Under the pieces are notes generated by a model. The model worked only from the letters and a program-made list of their open reading frames with translations. It did not search any database and had not been told where the DNA came from. DNA of 64,000 bases from Lama glama (lineage: Eukaryota): the NCBI GenBank assembly GCA_028534125.1, contig CM052818.1, positions 29,700,001 to 29,764,000 on the forward strand, written 5' to 3'. Each line of letters opens with the position of its first letter. Position 1 is the stretch's first letter. Shown piece after piece: positions 11,208 to 24,612 of this stretch. The position numbers were made by a program, and so were the translations under genes.

Positions 11208-11884
11208 CGCGTAGACGGGAAAAACCTCAACAGGAATCACCCCTAGAGGCAACCCTGCTCTTGGTGAAAAGGCCTTTAGGATAGGAATACAGGGTTCAGG
11301 ATCCATGACAACGCTAAGCCAGTATTAGTAGTTTTTTTTTTTAAGTCACATCAGTTCCCTGGACCTAAAGGAAAGGATCACTCAATGGAGATGACCCAAA
11401 GTCACATTAACGGAAAAGCAGAATGTCCCAGGGGACAGAGTCCCTGAGGTAACAGTGCTTTGGGGGGAAAACCATGAAAAAATAATATATTTACTTTTAG
11501 CATTTGAATTAAATACAATGCCTCCAGCAGAGTGCACAATTTTATTACATGAAAGTAATAGAAAACCCATGGTCAGAGCAGTCTGTTTTTTAAACAGCCA
11601 CTTGACTAAAAATGATGGTCTGCTCCCAAGGCTTTGGTTGTTCGTATTCATATTTGTGGCTTATCCTTTTTATTTTGTTGTCTGCCAGCACTGGTGAGTA
11701 GACAGTTGGTAGCAGGTGATAATGGTTTAAGAAGAATTAATGGAAAATAACTTCAAGTTGAGGAAACTTAATCCCTTAATCTATTTTTTCTGTACATTGG
11801 AGAAAGACATCCAGTATTTGATTTGGCAGGAGAGAACCTCTGTCCATCTGCCTGAGCAACAGCTTCATGTGAGAACATACTTTG

Positions 11885-12060
11885 AGAGCCACAGCATCTG
11901 GCCGGAGGCAGAGACCTCAGTTCAATTCTAACACTACGGCTAAGTAGCTGAAAGACCACAAGCAGCTCACCTCGCCTCTCTGAACCTCAGCTTCCTCCTC
12001 CATAGCCTGGAGGAGTTGGATTAAAAGTCCCTTCCAGCCCTAAGAGTCTGTGGCTCTAAG
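11885..12060 (+). mobile_element. MIR3-type SINE
   Basis: tctctgaacctcagcttcctc...gtcccttccagccctaagagtctgtg. Confidence 0.6.
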
Positions 12061-12371
12061 AACATCCGGGTCCCTGTGGACAAGATGCGTGAGGTCACTC
12101 AAGGTCAGTCTCTGAGCCAGGCCAAAGGGAACCAGCTGAGAAGATTGAGGAAGGAGGGTGAGTGAAGAAACTGCCTCCCAGCTTGGGGTTCTGTAGGAAG
12201 GACACAGCACAAACTAATAAATATCCACCAAGAGCTACTCTGAGGCAAGCAGAGAGGCTGACCCTCTGCATATACAGAGCATCACAGGCACAACCTTTTT
12301 GTTCTGGAGAAAACTCCTATCTGGTTAGGGAGACAAAATGTAAATAAATGAAAGCTTTTAAAAAGATAAAT

Positions 12372-12524
12372 GGGGGAGGGCACAGCTCTGTGGTAAAGTG
12401 CATGCTTAGCATGCGTGAGGTCCTGGGTTCAATCTCCAGTACCTCTATTTAAATAAATAGATAAAACTAATTACTACCCCCCAAAAAAAGTTTAAAAGAA
12501 AAAAGTAAGTTTTAAGAAGTAAAA
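12372..12524 (+). mobile_element. Camelid tRNA-Ala-derived SINE (Vic-1 type)
   Basis: GGGGGAGGG head, a tRNA-Ala(AGC)-like body (gcatgcttagcatgc; B box GGTTCAATCTCC), A-rich tail, and a perfect 13-bp TSD TAAAAAGATAAAT (12359-12371, 12525-12537). Confidence 0.9.
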
Positions 12525-15500
12525 TAAAAAGATAAATACATAAAGCAATACTTTGAGATAGTAACAGAACACTCACAAGACAGGATCTGACTTGTGAGAG
12601 AGGCCAGTGTCACAGTACAACCCATAATTCTTTGTCATCTCATAGAGAATTCATAACATGTAGGGAAAACATTTCCTCAAATCAGTCCACAGAAATTTTC
12701 ACCTCTCAGGTAGGGATTAGAGAACAGCCCTTGATGTGGATGGAGGAGGGGTTGTCTAGAAGCATTAACTCCATTCCACTAACTCCAAGAGCCAGGACTG
12801 GAAAGAAGAGATGTCAGACAGGCGAAAGCCAGGAAACAGTGAAGGACAGCATCACCAAAGGACCAGACCAGTCTGTGGTGGTGGGTGAGCTGTTCCTGTA
12901 AGTCACTCCAGGACCCAGATGGACGGACAACATCCGTTAGAGCCTGTTTTGGTCAATGAGAGGCAGCAGCCTGCAGAGGGCAGAGCCTGGACAGGGAGCT
13001 GGAGGGCTGGGCTTGAGCGTGGCGTGGCTGCTTCACTTCCCATGGGAACCTGAACAAGTCATTTCACTGATCTGAGCCTGTTTCCAGAGGCTGTGGGGAT
13101 CAACCCAAGGTCCTCCCTTTTGGGGAGAGCGACGCCCTTAACCATGCTCTCTGGCTCTGCAGAAAAATGTTTTAAAAGATACAATACAACCTTCCTTCCT
13201 TTTGACCCACTGCAAAGCAGACGTGGGTATTTCACCCCAGACTTCAGTCTGATTAACCACCTGACTTGTGACAGATTCGGGTATATCACAATCAGATCGT
13301 CTCTGAAATACAACCACAGGAAGACTCTCTAGTGTAAATGTTAATCCCATCTGTAAATGATCCATATATGTTTGTATACATGTGTGTACACACGGCCATT
13401 AATGTGGTAACGTACATATAAGCAAGTAGCCCCACTCTAGTCAGGAAACTCTAGCCAAGTCACAGTTTTTCCACATCAGTCTCTTGCTGTTTACGTAACT
13501 AGCAAGATAATCCTTGAAATGTGTGTTGTGCACCGTGCGTACTATCGTATGAGATGGTCACACATTGAAAACCCTGAACGCACTATGATTCTGAAAGCGA
13601 AAGCCTTGTTTCTGTCAGGCACGTGGACCAGCCTTTGCAAAGTCTAGACTCAGTTTAATGCCAAGCCCCCTAGTGTGTTCAAGGTCCATTTATATTGGAA
13701 GTACACAACTTCGTGGTTCAAAAAACAAGTCTTTAAAGATCTCATAAAACTTCTTGGACTTCAGATGGTTTTTACAAAACAATACTCAGATGAGCTAAGT
13801 GTAAATGAATCAGAAAAGAGGATTATGTTGCCCATAAAAACTCATGGGTTTGAGGATTAGGGGAAGAAAGGAAGGCTGGCAAATGCCAAACTTTTAAAGC
13901 ACTTTGAAACCATTAGTCAAGTTCAGAATGCAGCCAGGTTCCCTCCCCCTTACACTTTATGAGTTTTGTCATTGAAAATCTTTCCTACATTTAAGATCAG
14001 CTACAAATCAAATTTAGTGGCTGCCTGTGATCAGAACCCCTTCCACCCGCGTTTTCTTCCAATCAAGGATTTCATGGTGCCTCCCTCAACCCTCTTCTAA
14101 TTTCAAGAAATTCTTAGAGAGGGGAGAAGGGAAAGAGAGAAGTGGGTAGTCAGGGAGCTGAAGAGAAAGGAGAGTGAAAGCAAGAGAGAGACTGAGGAAT
14201 GAGAGAGGGGGTCCTCAGCTAGCCTACGCAGACCTTTATGGCAAAACCAAAACAGACTTCCATTTCAGGTGGAGATCTTTGAATACAGCCCAGTTGGACT
14301 GTAGCGCAAAGTCGCCCCTGGGCCAACGAGTGCCTCTGTGCTGACCCTGAGGGTCTGGCCATGGCAATATGGGCTCTGTCCATATGGAGTCTAACGAGGT
14401 AAACAGACCTGGAATAATTAGATGTGTGGTGAGTACTGAAAAAGGAATGTGGGAAATGAGACCTGTAAAAGGAAAAGGACCAGGGGCATGGGCTGCCTTC
14501 CTATAAATTTTGAAGAGCTAATCTACAAAAGGAAATTCACCAAAAATAGAGTTTCATGTCCACTTTCTGATTTCCCTTTCTGATTATTCTGGTCCCTTCT
14601 CACCTTGAGTATAATCAAGAGTATCACACAATGGCAGTTGCTAAAGACAATGAAATAACTCTGTCTGCAGCGAGCAAAATCTGCTCATTAATTTAGCTTT
14701 TGTTGAGATTTTTTCATACCCATTTATTGAAATTTCTGAACATTAAATGTGAAACTATATAATAATTAAATAGCTATCAATGTGACTTTATATATGCTTG
14801 TGATTCACCCTCACCTAACCTCATTGGGCTGATCAACATTCAAGAGGACACAAAGGAAATACATTCTTAGTCTCGAAGAGTGTGCAATTTGAAAAATACT
14901 TGGATGTACATTGAACTGAGATGCACCTGAACTCTATGAAACACTAGTCTTTTGATCACAAAGCGGCCCCCAACTACTTGCATTTCACTTTCATATCTCA
15001 GGTTTTAAACATTTGTTTGATCTTCCATTCAGTCAGTGGAAGTTTACCTAGTTTCCCTGCTTAAATTTAAATTCAAAGATGCCCAGACACCTGCAAGGTT
15101 GGTTGAGTGACAGGTAAGCAAACAGAGTAACGCTCTCTCCCCTCAGAGACATCTACTTACAAATCATGATCCAATTTTAAGAGGAACCTTCTGCTTTGCG
15201 TCAGCTTCAATGCTTCCTGGGTTGTTGAGTTGCTGGACTTGCTTCTTTATGTAAATTCCAGGACATTTAGTCATCATTATTTCTCTTGTCTACGTTAGAA
15301 TTTTCACCCAATGGCACAAGAATGTGATGCTGCGTGAGTTTAACACTTGATCTAAATTTTTTTCCTAAAATATTCCCTCTGCCTCCTATTAAATTGATGA
15401 AAATATCATACAGTGAATAAAGGAGCCTAGAAAAAAGAAGAAAAATGAGGGCAGTTACTGTGCCACCTCTATGTATCAATTCCTAGCCAGCCTGCCTGGC

Positions 15501-16699
15501 TTTCTAAGACCCAAGACCTTCAAAGATGGCCTCCTCCCTCTTGCAACCTCATCTTGGGCTACTCCCCTAAATGAACCTGTGTTCCAACTACATTTATCTA
15601 CCCGTTTTTCTTCTTTTTCTTTGGGAAAAAAAAAGACTGGCCAGTTGCTAGTCTGCAAGAAAGGACACCCATATTCCTGCCTCTAGTCTCTGCTCCCATC
15701 ATTCTCCTGCCACGTCTTCATCTCTTCAACTAAGTCCTCCTCTTTCAAAATAGAATTCAAGATCCTTCCATGAAGCTCTCTGGACCACCCTGAACCTCAG
15801 TTTATTTTCTCTTCCGAACTCCTGTAGCATTTGTAATCCATCCTAGGCATTAAGCACAGGATACATGCTTTGTAGTAGACACAGAACACTTTTTGCGGGG
15901 GAAGCCTTTTTAAAATTCTTGGTCTTACTAAGATAAACCAAAACTAAGGCAAGCCATGGTTACGAATACTGAGTTTTGGTTACAACGCCCGACAACCAAG
16001 TGACTTGTCTTTAGTTCTTTGAAGGCAAGGTTCTGCTGAGCAAAGGGGTCTGCCCCAATTTTCCCCCAAATGTAAATTAACCTAAATTGAGTTTCTTTAC
16101 CTGAATCAAGCAATGGCCCTCTCTACGGGAAAAAAAAATCTTCCTATCTCTAAACTGATGATTTGGAAAGTTCTCTAGAAAGAATTTTGTCATATTTGTG
16201 TCTGTAAGCTATTACATTCCCAGTTACACCATTAAAATAGTCAAGGCTTTTATAACATCTCTTTTTGTTGCCCTCCCAACTTACCCTATTAAGGGAGACC
16301 AGGACATACTCTGAGAAGGCAACTAGTAAAAATCCACATAAGATGGATGAACTGAGCAATATACAGGAGTAACTCACACCACCAAAGAAATACCAGTTAT
16401 GCAAGGAGAGGCCTGGCTTTCTGAAGGGTGAGGGGAGACCAGTAAAACCAGCCCAGTGTCTGTGGTTCCTCCAGGTTTCCCGGTTTTAAAGGCCAGGCTA
16501 CTGCTGAGAGGGATCAGGTTACATCTGCCAGCTGCCCCAGAACTTTCCACTTAACCCTTTCCAATCCACGACCTGGATGTTCCACTTCCATTTCTCTTGA
16601 AAGAAAGAGCATCTTTCATCTTTGTGTTTCCCCCATGTTTTCTTCCCAACACACAGGTACCTGCAAACCCCACCCCACCCCACCCCCACCTCCATGGAG

Positions 16700-16865
16700 C
16701 TGCCTGTGCCCACACTGACTTCCAAGCCTCCATCTCACCCCTGGAGGCGTGTGTTGAGGGCAGACACCTGGTGTGTCACATTCCCATTGCCTTACACGGT
16801 GTGCAAGTCCTAGTAAATGCTTGTTGTAAGTAAATGCGTAGTGGGTGTTTGTTGAGTGAATGACT
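16700..16865 (+). mobile_element. L2 3' end
   Basis: ttgagggcagacac...gtaaatgcttgttg...ttgttgagtgaatga terminus. Confidence 0.6.
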
Positions 16866-18157
16866 GTTCCTTTGGACACCTGATTGCAATGAGCAGTCTG
16901 CAATGAGACACCTCCAACTATCTTTTTGTCATCATAAGCAAAAAGCTTGCCCAGGATCTTTAAGTTATTATCAAGGGTCTGGAGACTGAGTCATCCACCC
17001 ATTCGCTGACTCATTTATTCATTCACTAGCCACTTTTGAGAGCCAGTTGTTTTCTAATTAACAAAGAATGGGGGGTGAATTTTAGAAATTTTTCCTTAGG
17101 GATCTAACATATCTGAATAGATGCAAGGATTCTCTCTGAAAGTTGGGAAATTTTTCTTTAGGAGGCATGGGATAGAGGGGTGGATAGGTGGGATCTCTTC
17201 CTACAGTCCTCTTGCAAGTAACTGCTAGAAAATCATTGGCAGAAAATCTATGACCTCATTGAACAGCATCTGTAGGATGTAAACGCATAATCCCGGGTAT
17301 TTGCTTGCCAGGAAGGAGTAGAATGTATGATTAAGAGCACAAACTTTGTCAACCCACCTTGGCTCAGTTCGTAGTTCTGCTCCTAGGTCTGGGGGTAAAC
17401 TTTGGAGCCTAGGCCCATGTTCTGGGTGAATCTAGGAAACAGCTGGCTGGGTGTTAAGGAACTAAATGCTTGAAGCCCCCTTGAACAATCCCTTTTATGA
17501 GGGAATGTTTTTGAGTTACTCAGTGCTGCCCTGGGAACCGCTTCTCAGCTGGAGGCAGTTGGAAATAGATCATCTCAGCCGTAGATCTGTCAAGGCTGCT
17601 GAGTTGTTTTTTGTTTTTTTTTTTTCTTTTCTTTTCTTTTCTTTCTTATCACTTTATGGTTCAGCACACAGAATAATTTCTTAGTGATCTTGAAGTGTGT
17701 CCTGATAGCCAGCCCAGCCTCTGCTCGCTGCCTGCCCTAACTCTTCCGGTAGCCATCTCTGGAAAGATGGAGCTTCCTCCTGGGCTTTTAGAGTCTTTTG
17801 TGTCTTCCACTTGGTGGAGCAAGGTCAGAGGATCACTATCTCAGGTGCTCTTGCCTGCAGATGGCAGGATTGGATTGGCCTGGGAGAGGATTTAGAGCAG
17901 AGACAGAAGAGGAGACCTCAGTTTTACAAAGGGAGACAGATGGTGGGAGGAAGGAAAGGGAAGAGATTCATTCCTATTCACTCACTGAGCACTTACAAAG
18001 GCCCATAAGTGGCTTGGGAGGCTTCTGCAACTGCCAACGCAGAAGGGAGCCATGTGATAGACATTTAACCAAAAAAATGGCATTCCATGATTTAATAAAC
18101 CACAAACCTGTCTAAGCTTCTATTTTCTTATCTATACAATGAGACTAATATCTAACA

Positions 18158-18339
18158 CAGATCTCAGCAAGCTTTGTCTGAAAAGGGGCAGAGAGTAAAT
18201 ATTTTCAGTTTGGCACACCATAGTGCCTCTGTCGCAACTACTCGACTTGGCCATCGTAGCCTGGAAGTAGCGTAGACAATACATAAAGGAATGGGCATGG
18301 GTAGATTTGGTCTGCGGGCCATAGTTCACCATCATCTCG
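18158..18339 (+). mobile_element. MER58A (hAT-Charlie) inserted in a MIR
   Basis: cagcaagcttt...agtaaatattttcag...ctctgtcgcaactactc...tagacaatacataaa...gatttggtctgcgggccatagtt. MIR sequence lies on both sides (to ~18455). Confidence 0.8.
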
Positions 18340-18577
18340 TCTATTCCTGTCATCTAAGATGTAGGGTGTTGTGCAGACTGAATGAGCTAATCCAAGCAAC
18401 ATACTTTCAGTACAGCATGCAGCAGACCAGCACTCAATAAATATTAGCTATTATCACTGCTCCAGGTTTAGACTCTCCCGTGTGTATGTGCTACCTTTGC
18501 TCACCTTAGTGAGTGAGGCAGTCCTCTGTGCTCCTTGGGAGATTTTCCTATCCCTCCCTTGGGCACATAGAGGATGA

Positions 18578-18945
18578 CACAGATTGGTTCTCTGAGAACC
18601 CTGAGATGGAGTTTAGGGTCCAGGGTATTTATTTAAGGACTGTCCTTAGGAGTAACCTGTGGAAAGAAGGAGAAGGGAGAAAGATTGGGCAGAGGGAGAA
18701 GCTGAATAGCCCAACAAACCCACAGGGATCTCTGAAGCTAAAATGGCCATTAGAGTCATCCTACATTGGGTCAAAGTGGCTGGGCCTTGGTTCCCCTAAC
18801 TGGAGCGGTCATTGGATGTGGGCTGCCCTGGGAAAGGAAGGGCCTGGGGGGAGGCAGTCTGCGGCTTAGGCACTCCTGGAGGGGCTGACAGGTGAAGACT
18901 GTCTGCTGACAGCACGCCCAGCAGCAGGGGCAACAAGAGTAGGAG
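18578..18945 (-). mobile_element. ERVL LTR16-family solo LTR
   Basis: ctgagatggagtttag, gattgggcagagggagaagctga and gtcattggatgtgggctgccc are reverse-complement LTR16C motifs. Confidence 0.75.
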
Positions 18946-19074
18946 AGGAAGATGTGACCAATTCTGACCATGAATTGTGCATAGAAATGACAGGTGTCAT
19001 TTGCAAACCAAGTATTTTATTGTTGTGGCAAGATCCTCCACAGCTCCTTCCTCTGTAGTGACCAGCAATTTCAA

Positions 19075-19220
19075 GGTGGTGGCTGCTCCATCACCCTGGG
19101 TCCTAGACCGACAACAGTGAACAGAGTTTTTTTATCAACCTGTATTGAAAACCTAATGTGAGCAAGAGTTAAAGCCACTGAGCGTTTAAGGTTGTTTGTT
19201 GCTGCAGTATTGTTAGCTCT
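19075..19220 (+). mobile_element. MLT1-family LTR 3' fragment
   Basis: gctgctccatcaccctgggtcc...ttaaagccactgag...ggttgtttgttgctgcag. Confidence 0.55.
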
Positions 19221-19472
19221 CTGAGTCCTCAGCTGCTGCACTGGATGGATTTGAAGGTTCTGAAGTGAAGACACATCAGATAATCTTCCAAAATTAGGGA
19301 ACTGTTTTGAAGCCACCATCATCATTGCCGGCATCATCATCAGAGCTAATGCTAGCATTTACCTGAATTTTCTAATTTAATTCTTATAACAACCTATGTA
19401 TAACACAAGACTTATTACCCTCATTTTAGAGATTAGGAAACTTTTATAGAGGTTCATTAATTTGCACGAGGC

Positions 19473-19690
19473 CAGGGGTCTGCAAACTATAACCCGCAGG
19501 CCAAATCCCACTCACTGCCTGTTTTTGTAAATAAAGTTTTATTGGAACACAGCCATGCCCATTCATTACAAAGTATGTAATTATAGTTGCTTTCATGACA
19601 CTGTGGCAGAGTTGAGTAGTTGCATATGGTCTGCAAAGCTGAAAATACTTACCATCTGGCTCTTTTCAGGAAAAGTTTGACCACTCTCCC
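19473..19690 (-). mobile_element. MER58A inserted in a MIR
   Basis: caggggtctgcaaactataacccgcaggccaaatcc...ctgcctgtttttgtaaataaagttttattggaacacagccatgcccattcatt...aaaatacttaccatctggc. Confidence 0.88.
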
Positions 19691-19879
19691 TCTCTTCCCC
19701 CAACTCTACACAAGGCCTGGTTCCAAACCAGGTTGTCTGACTCCAGAGACACCACTCATAATTCAGATAGAAGTAAACACTAGGTAGGCTTGGAGCCTCT
19801 AGGGGTGTTATAAAACTTTCCCATTTGCATTATCCTCACTGTACATTTTTTCACTTACAATTTTCATGACATTTATTTC

Positions 19880-22330
19880 CAGCATTATGACAGCTTCCAT
19901 ATACTGAAAATTCTCCCCTAAAAAAACACTCAGAAAATGCTGGATAAAATGAATAGCTGACTTGGCAAGAAATTAAGGTAAATCTTCAGAGGCTAAAAAT
20001 GAAGTTGAAGCCAGAATCCAAAATGAGCATGGTGAATGCTCACTCAAGCAGGCAGCAGGCCCCTAATGGCATTTTCTGGGGGTGGGGGTGGGGCGGATGA
20101 CAAGGCAATAAACTGTCAGCATGGACACTTTGGAATGAGTCCCCATAGCCCCAAATTTCCACTGCAAGAGTGGACTAGAAAATATTTGCCCTGCAAAAGG
20201 AAGACTGCAAAAAAAGGGAGGTGGGGGGGTCTCAGCTTTGATTTCGGTTGAAGGAAAAAAAGGCCCCTACTCACTGACAGAGGTAATAACCACAATCCAA
20301 ACCTCAAGTCTGGGGTTCAGATTCACTCTATGTGCTTATTCTGAAACTATTTTAAACCAAGGAAACTGATTTAAAATAGTCCTAGATTATTAGCTCCCCA
20401 GGCACTTCGCCAGGTAAACACAAATAGAACATCCTCTCAAGTCTCCTGAAATTCTCACAGATAATGCCCCAAAAAAATGAGCTCACAATGAAAAATTAGA
20501 AGACCACTCACAGAGCAAGACATCGCGGGACAGAGTAGCAGCAAGATCAAGCAGCAGATTCAGACAGAAAAGTTCTTTGGATGTTAGAGCTACCATGGGT
20601 ATCGGGGCTTGGCACTTACCACGTGTAGCAGGGCTTGGTTTTATAAAGGGCCATGTGGGATATGTTTCAGGCTTCGCAGACTGTGCAGTCTCTATCAAAA
20701 AGACTCCACTTTGCCGTTCTAGAGTAAAAGCAGACACAAGCAGTATGTAAACAAATGGGCTCAGCTGTGTTTCAATAAACCTTAATTTAAAAAAAAACAA
20801 GGAGTGTGCCAGATCTGTAAAATAAGTATATTTTAAATATTTAAAGAATTTAATATATAAGTAGAAAATACAGTACTATCATTAATATCCAGGCAAATTC
20901 TTAACTACTGGAAGTAAAAGTTACAGTTGAAATCTTAGGATTCAACATATGAGTTTACTAGCAGATTAGAACAACTGAAAAACATAGTTAGCAAGTTGAA
21001 AGTTGGATATGACAAAATTACTTAGAATATAGTACAGAAAGACAGAGGAGGAAATTATGAAAGAAAGATTAATAGATATGAAATTTGAGTGAGAAGTGCT
21101 AACATTTATCTAATCAGAGTTCCAGAAGGAGTGAATAGAAAGAACAGGAGAGAGATAACACTCAAGAATTTCCATGGATACTTCTATTTAGGACCTACAA
21201 AACTCCAGAAAATATACCCAGACTAATCCTGGCAAATTGCAGAACATTAAAGACAAATTGAATAGCTTTAAAAAGCAGCCCCCAAAAAAGACAGCTTAGC
21301 CGTTTGATGTCTGATTTCTCATGAACAAGAGCAGACACCAAAATACTGTAAGATAATGTCTTCAGAATGCTGAAAGAAAATAACTGTCAATCTACAATTG
21401 CATACCCAACAAAATTTGTTTCAAGAATGGGGATGAAATAAATATTTTTATATGAACAAAAGCTAAGATAATTTATTACCAACAGACTCGGTTAATATTT
21501 AAAATGCACAAGAAATAAAGGAACTTAAATGTATATATACTTTAGGAAGAAGGAAAAGAATCACCAAAGGGAGACTTGAGGTTTAAGAAGGACAGTAACC
21601 AGTAAGCAAAGAAAGTGGTAATCATGTGATTAAATCTAAATAAACATCAACTCTAATAACTTCTAATTTGTGAAGTTTAAAAAAAACTGGGAGGGGCACG
21701 TAAACAGAGGTACTATTCTGTCTCTTATCACGGGCACATTAAGTGTTCATGAGCATGTGTGTGTGCGTGTGCACGTGTGCTGTACTATCCTCTATATAGG
21801 ATGTTTCTCAAGCCATTTTTAATAGAAATAAAATACTGGACAATAATAGCCCCTAAACTGGAAAGAGTTAAAGCCCTCTAAATTTCAGGAATATAATTTA
21901 GGGTAAATATAATTTAAAACTCTTAACCATTAAAAAAATTAGAAATGGAATCTAAAAATTCCAAACAACTAGAGGAGAAGACAATGGAATAAGAACTTTA
22001 TAGGACAAATAGAAAGCATGAAAAAGATAGTAAAAATAAATGGAAATGTATCAATGATCACAAAAAATAATAAATAAAACTTGCCAGCTAAAATTTCATT
22101 TCTTTTAACCCAGCTATATTCTTCTTGTAAGAAACACTTAAAACAAAAGCACAGCAAATGTTTGAGGGTAAAATAATCGAAAAAGTTTTTAAGGCAAATT
22201 AATTTTCCCAACAAATAAAAATAACCTTCTACTTGCTTTCTGGAGTAGGCTTGAACTCCTCGTACAAAGTGACGTGTTATAATAAAACAAGAAGAAAAAT
22301 TGAATATGAAGATAAATGAGAGATTACCTG
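19880..22330 (+). mobile_element. Old L1 (L1ME/L1MC-type) 5' region with degraded ORF1 and ORF2 start
   Basis: A-rich + strand. ORF1-like gttccagaaggag...gaaaga and tgctgaaagaaaataactgtcaatctacaattgcataccca; ORF2-EN-like aacccagctatat...agaaacact. Confidence 0.65.
20629..20817 (+). mobile_element. MER58A inserted in old L1
   Basis: taaagggcca...caggcttcgcag...gtctcta...actccactttgcc...aaaagcag...tatgtaaacaaatggg...gctgtgtttcaataaacctt. Confidence 0.75.
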
Positions 22331-22719
22331 TGTTCAAAATTAATACTCTCTGACAAACCTGAAAGTATGGAAAAATAGCTCCACTGGTGCTATACCTGTA
22401 GAATTCGAGCAAGCCTTGGCAGAAACCTGGGGTTTAATAGTGAGTTAAAAATAAATGCAATTTATCATTATTCCAGTTTGGGTCAAATTTCTTGACATAA
22501 AATGTAGTTTATAAAATAATCAGATAACATTTCAAAATAACTTGTATTTTGAGACAAAGGATGGTGAAATCACTCTTCATTGTATTAATATCACTCTAAA
22601 ATTTATGAAGCATTGTTCATTTAAATGTAAGAATTCTAGGGGAAGTATACAATAAATCATTTTGAAATACAAATGGATTTTAAGTCAGGGACAAAAAAAT
22701 ATACCTAAGGGTGAGTAAC

Positions 22720-23050
22720 TGCTGCATTAAAACAGAGAAAGATTAGAAAGAACCTAACTGAATAACACAGGAATGGGTAAAGTGTGAAGCATGTGTAGAA
22801 TGAAACATTTTTATAGCTATTTTAGTGACATTGGGAAATACCCATGATATAATTAGTGAACAAAATAATATACAAAATTCTAAATACAAAATGATCATAA
22901 ACATATTTAAATGTAGTAAAATATGTCTAGAAATAGGATTGGGGGAAAAAAACAACAGAATATTAAGAGTAATAGGAAGATGAATAATTTGTATTTTCTA
23001 CTTCATATTCTATTTTCCAAGTTTTTACAGTGAGCACTTTTATCGTCACA
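22720..23050 (+). mobile_element. L1ME 3' fragment
   Basis: AT-rich; catgatataattagtgaa...tgtattttctact...attttccaagtttttacagtgagca. Confidence 0.5.
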
Positions 23051-23554
23051 GAGCAATCTTATTTCACATCTTTAATATTTTGTTAGTTTATATTTATATT
23101 ATGGTCCAGAATCTCTGTGAATGAAAGAGTATGGGAAAAATGAATTCAGGAAAGAGACAACCTGGCAAGCCTTTAAGAAACCGTTTTAAGAGGCTGTTGT
23201 ATTTCTAATTAGTATGTAACTTGATATTAAGCAACTTCCTCACTTAAAAGGTTCATGAAGGTGCAACAAAGCCAAGCCCAGAGGTTGCTATGGCTACAGA
23301 GGTAAACCTGATTAGGTTGGTATTTACTCTGCTTCTGAGGTGAGGCCAGAGACAGAATGTCCCGGCTCCAAAATGAGACAAATCCCCTCTTTGTGCCTCT
23401 GTCTGGTCTCCTCCCCCATCTGTCCCTCCTTCCTCCCCTCCACCTCCCCTTTCCCATCTTTCCTCTCTACTTCTTAGGCTCCAGTGCAGTCAACACCATC
23501 AGACCCTGCTCTCCCTGACCCCTCCCCTTTCTGGGTCTCCACAGGGTGCTGCAC

Positions 23555-24600
23555 TTTTCTGAGCAGCAACCTCACCATAAATGCTGGAAGGCAGGATTTC
23601 TTTCCCACTGTACCCTGGGTGCCCAGGACCTGTCCATGGTAGGTGCCAAGTAAACATTTGCTGACCAAATGAATGAATGAAAGAAATGAGTGGAGGCTCA
23701 ATCTCAGTCTCTACTGTGGGTTCCTCTTTGTCTCCTCTTCCTTAAATACAGTCATGCTTCAAGAGCCCATACTCAATTGCTTTTTCTTTTCCTTCCTCAT
23801 GTTTCCCCATGATCTCCCTTCTTTTTGTTTTAGCTAACATTCATATGTAAATGAACCCAACTTTTCAACTCAGCCTCATCTTTGTTCCCTCATCTGTATT
23901 TCCGTTGGACCTAAAGAAACTCCTTACTCTCATCCTTAACTCATCATCTTCCTATCAGTCACCCCTCCTCCTAAGAGCCCCAACTCTCTTAACATCACCA
24001 CCACCATGCCCTCAACACTCCAGATTTATGCTCAGAGAAGCCTTTTACTCTCCTCCCACCCTCCCTGATGCGGTGGTCTCTCTGAAATTATGTCCCTCTT
24101 TCCTAATCCATTCCCACTGCCCTGTTCCACTTCTTACCAAGATCATCGCCAAACCCTGAGGGATTTCTTTACTTGGAATCTGCACTTCCCAGGGCTGCTG
24201 GATTTATTTTCTAAACCATACATCTTGCTCAAAAACTCCTGATGTTTCCCTTTGCCTTCAGAATAAACCCAAGTACACAAGGCTCCTCTCAGTCATTAGG
24301 TCTTTTTCCTGCTTTGTGTCTTTCTCATCACATGTCCCCACAGCCACCACTCTACCCTCCTCAATCTCTCTCTCCTCTCCCTGTGCCTCCCCAGGCTTCT
24401 AGCTGGTCAGCACTCCCTTCAAGCAGAGTCCATGACCATCACAATTCCCCACCCTCCTGGATGACATTCTCCACCACTCTGCCTCTCAAATTGCTCTGCT
24501 CCCTCCAAAGCCCACATGAAGTGTCACCTCCTCTGAGAAACCTTTTCCCCTTTGGTTGGGATTAAGGGTGCTCTCCCCTGTGGTCCAATAGCCTCCCAAT
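23555..24600 (+). mobile_element. L2 fragments
   Basis: An L2 tail gtaggtgccaagtaaacatttgctgaccaaatgaatgaatga (~23640-23690), followed by CT-rich L2 body sequence (ttgctcaaaaactcctgatgtttccc...ttcagaataaa). Confidence 0.6.
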
Positions 24601-24612
24601 TATGCTTCCTTT

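Noticed and set aside
21969..22412. 147-aa hydrophobic ORF
   Set aside because: It is the antisense reading of A-rich L1 sequence, which yields Phe/Leu/Ile-rich chance ORFs.
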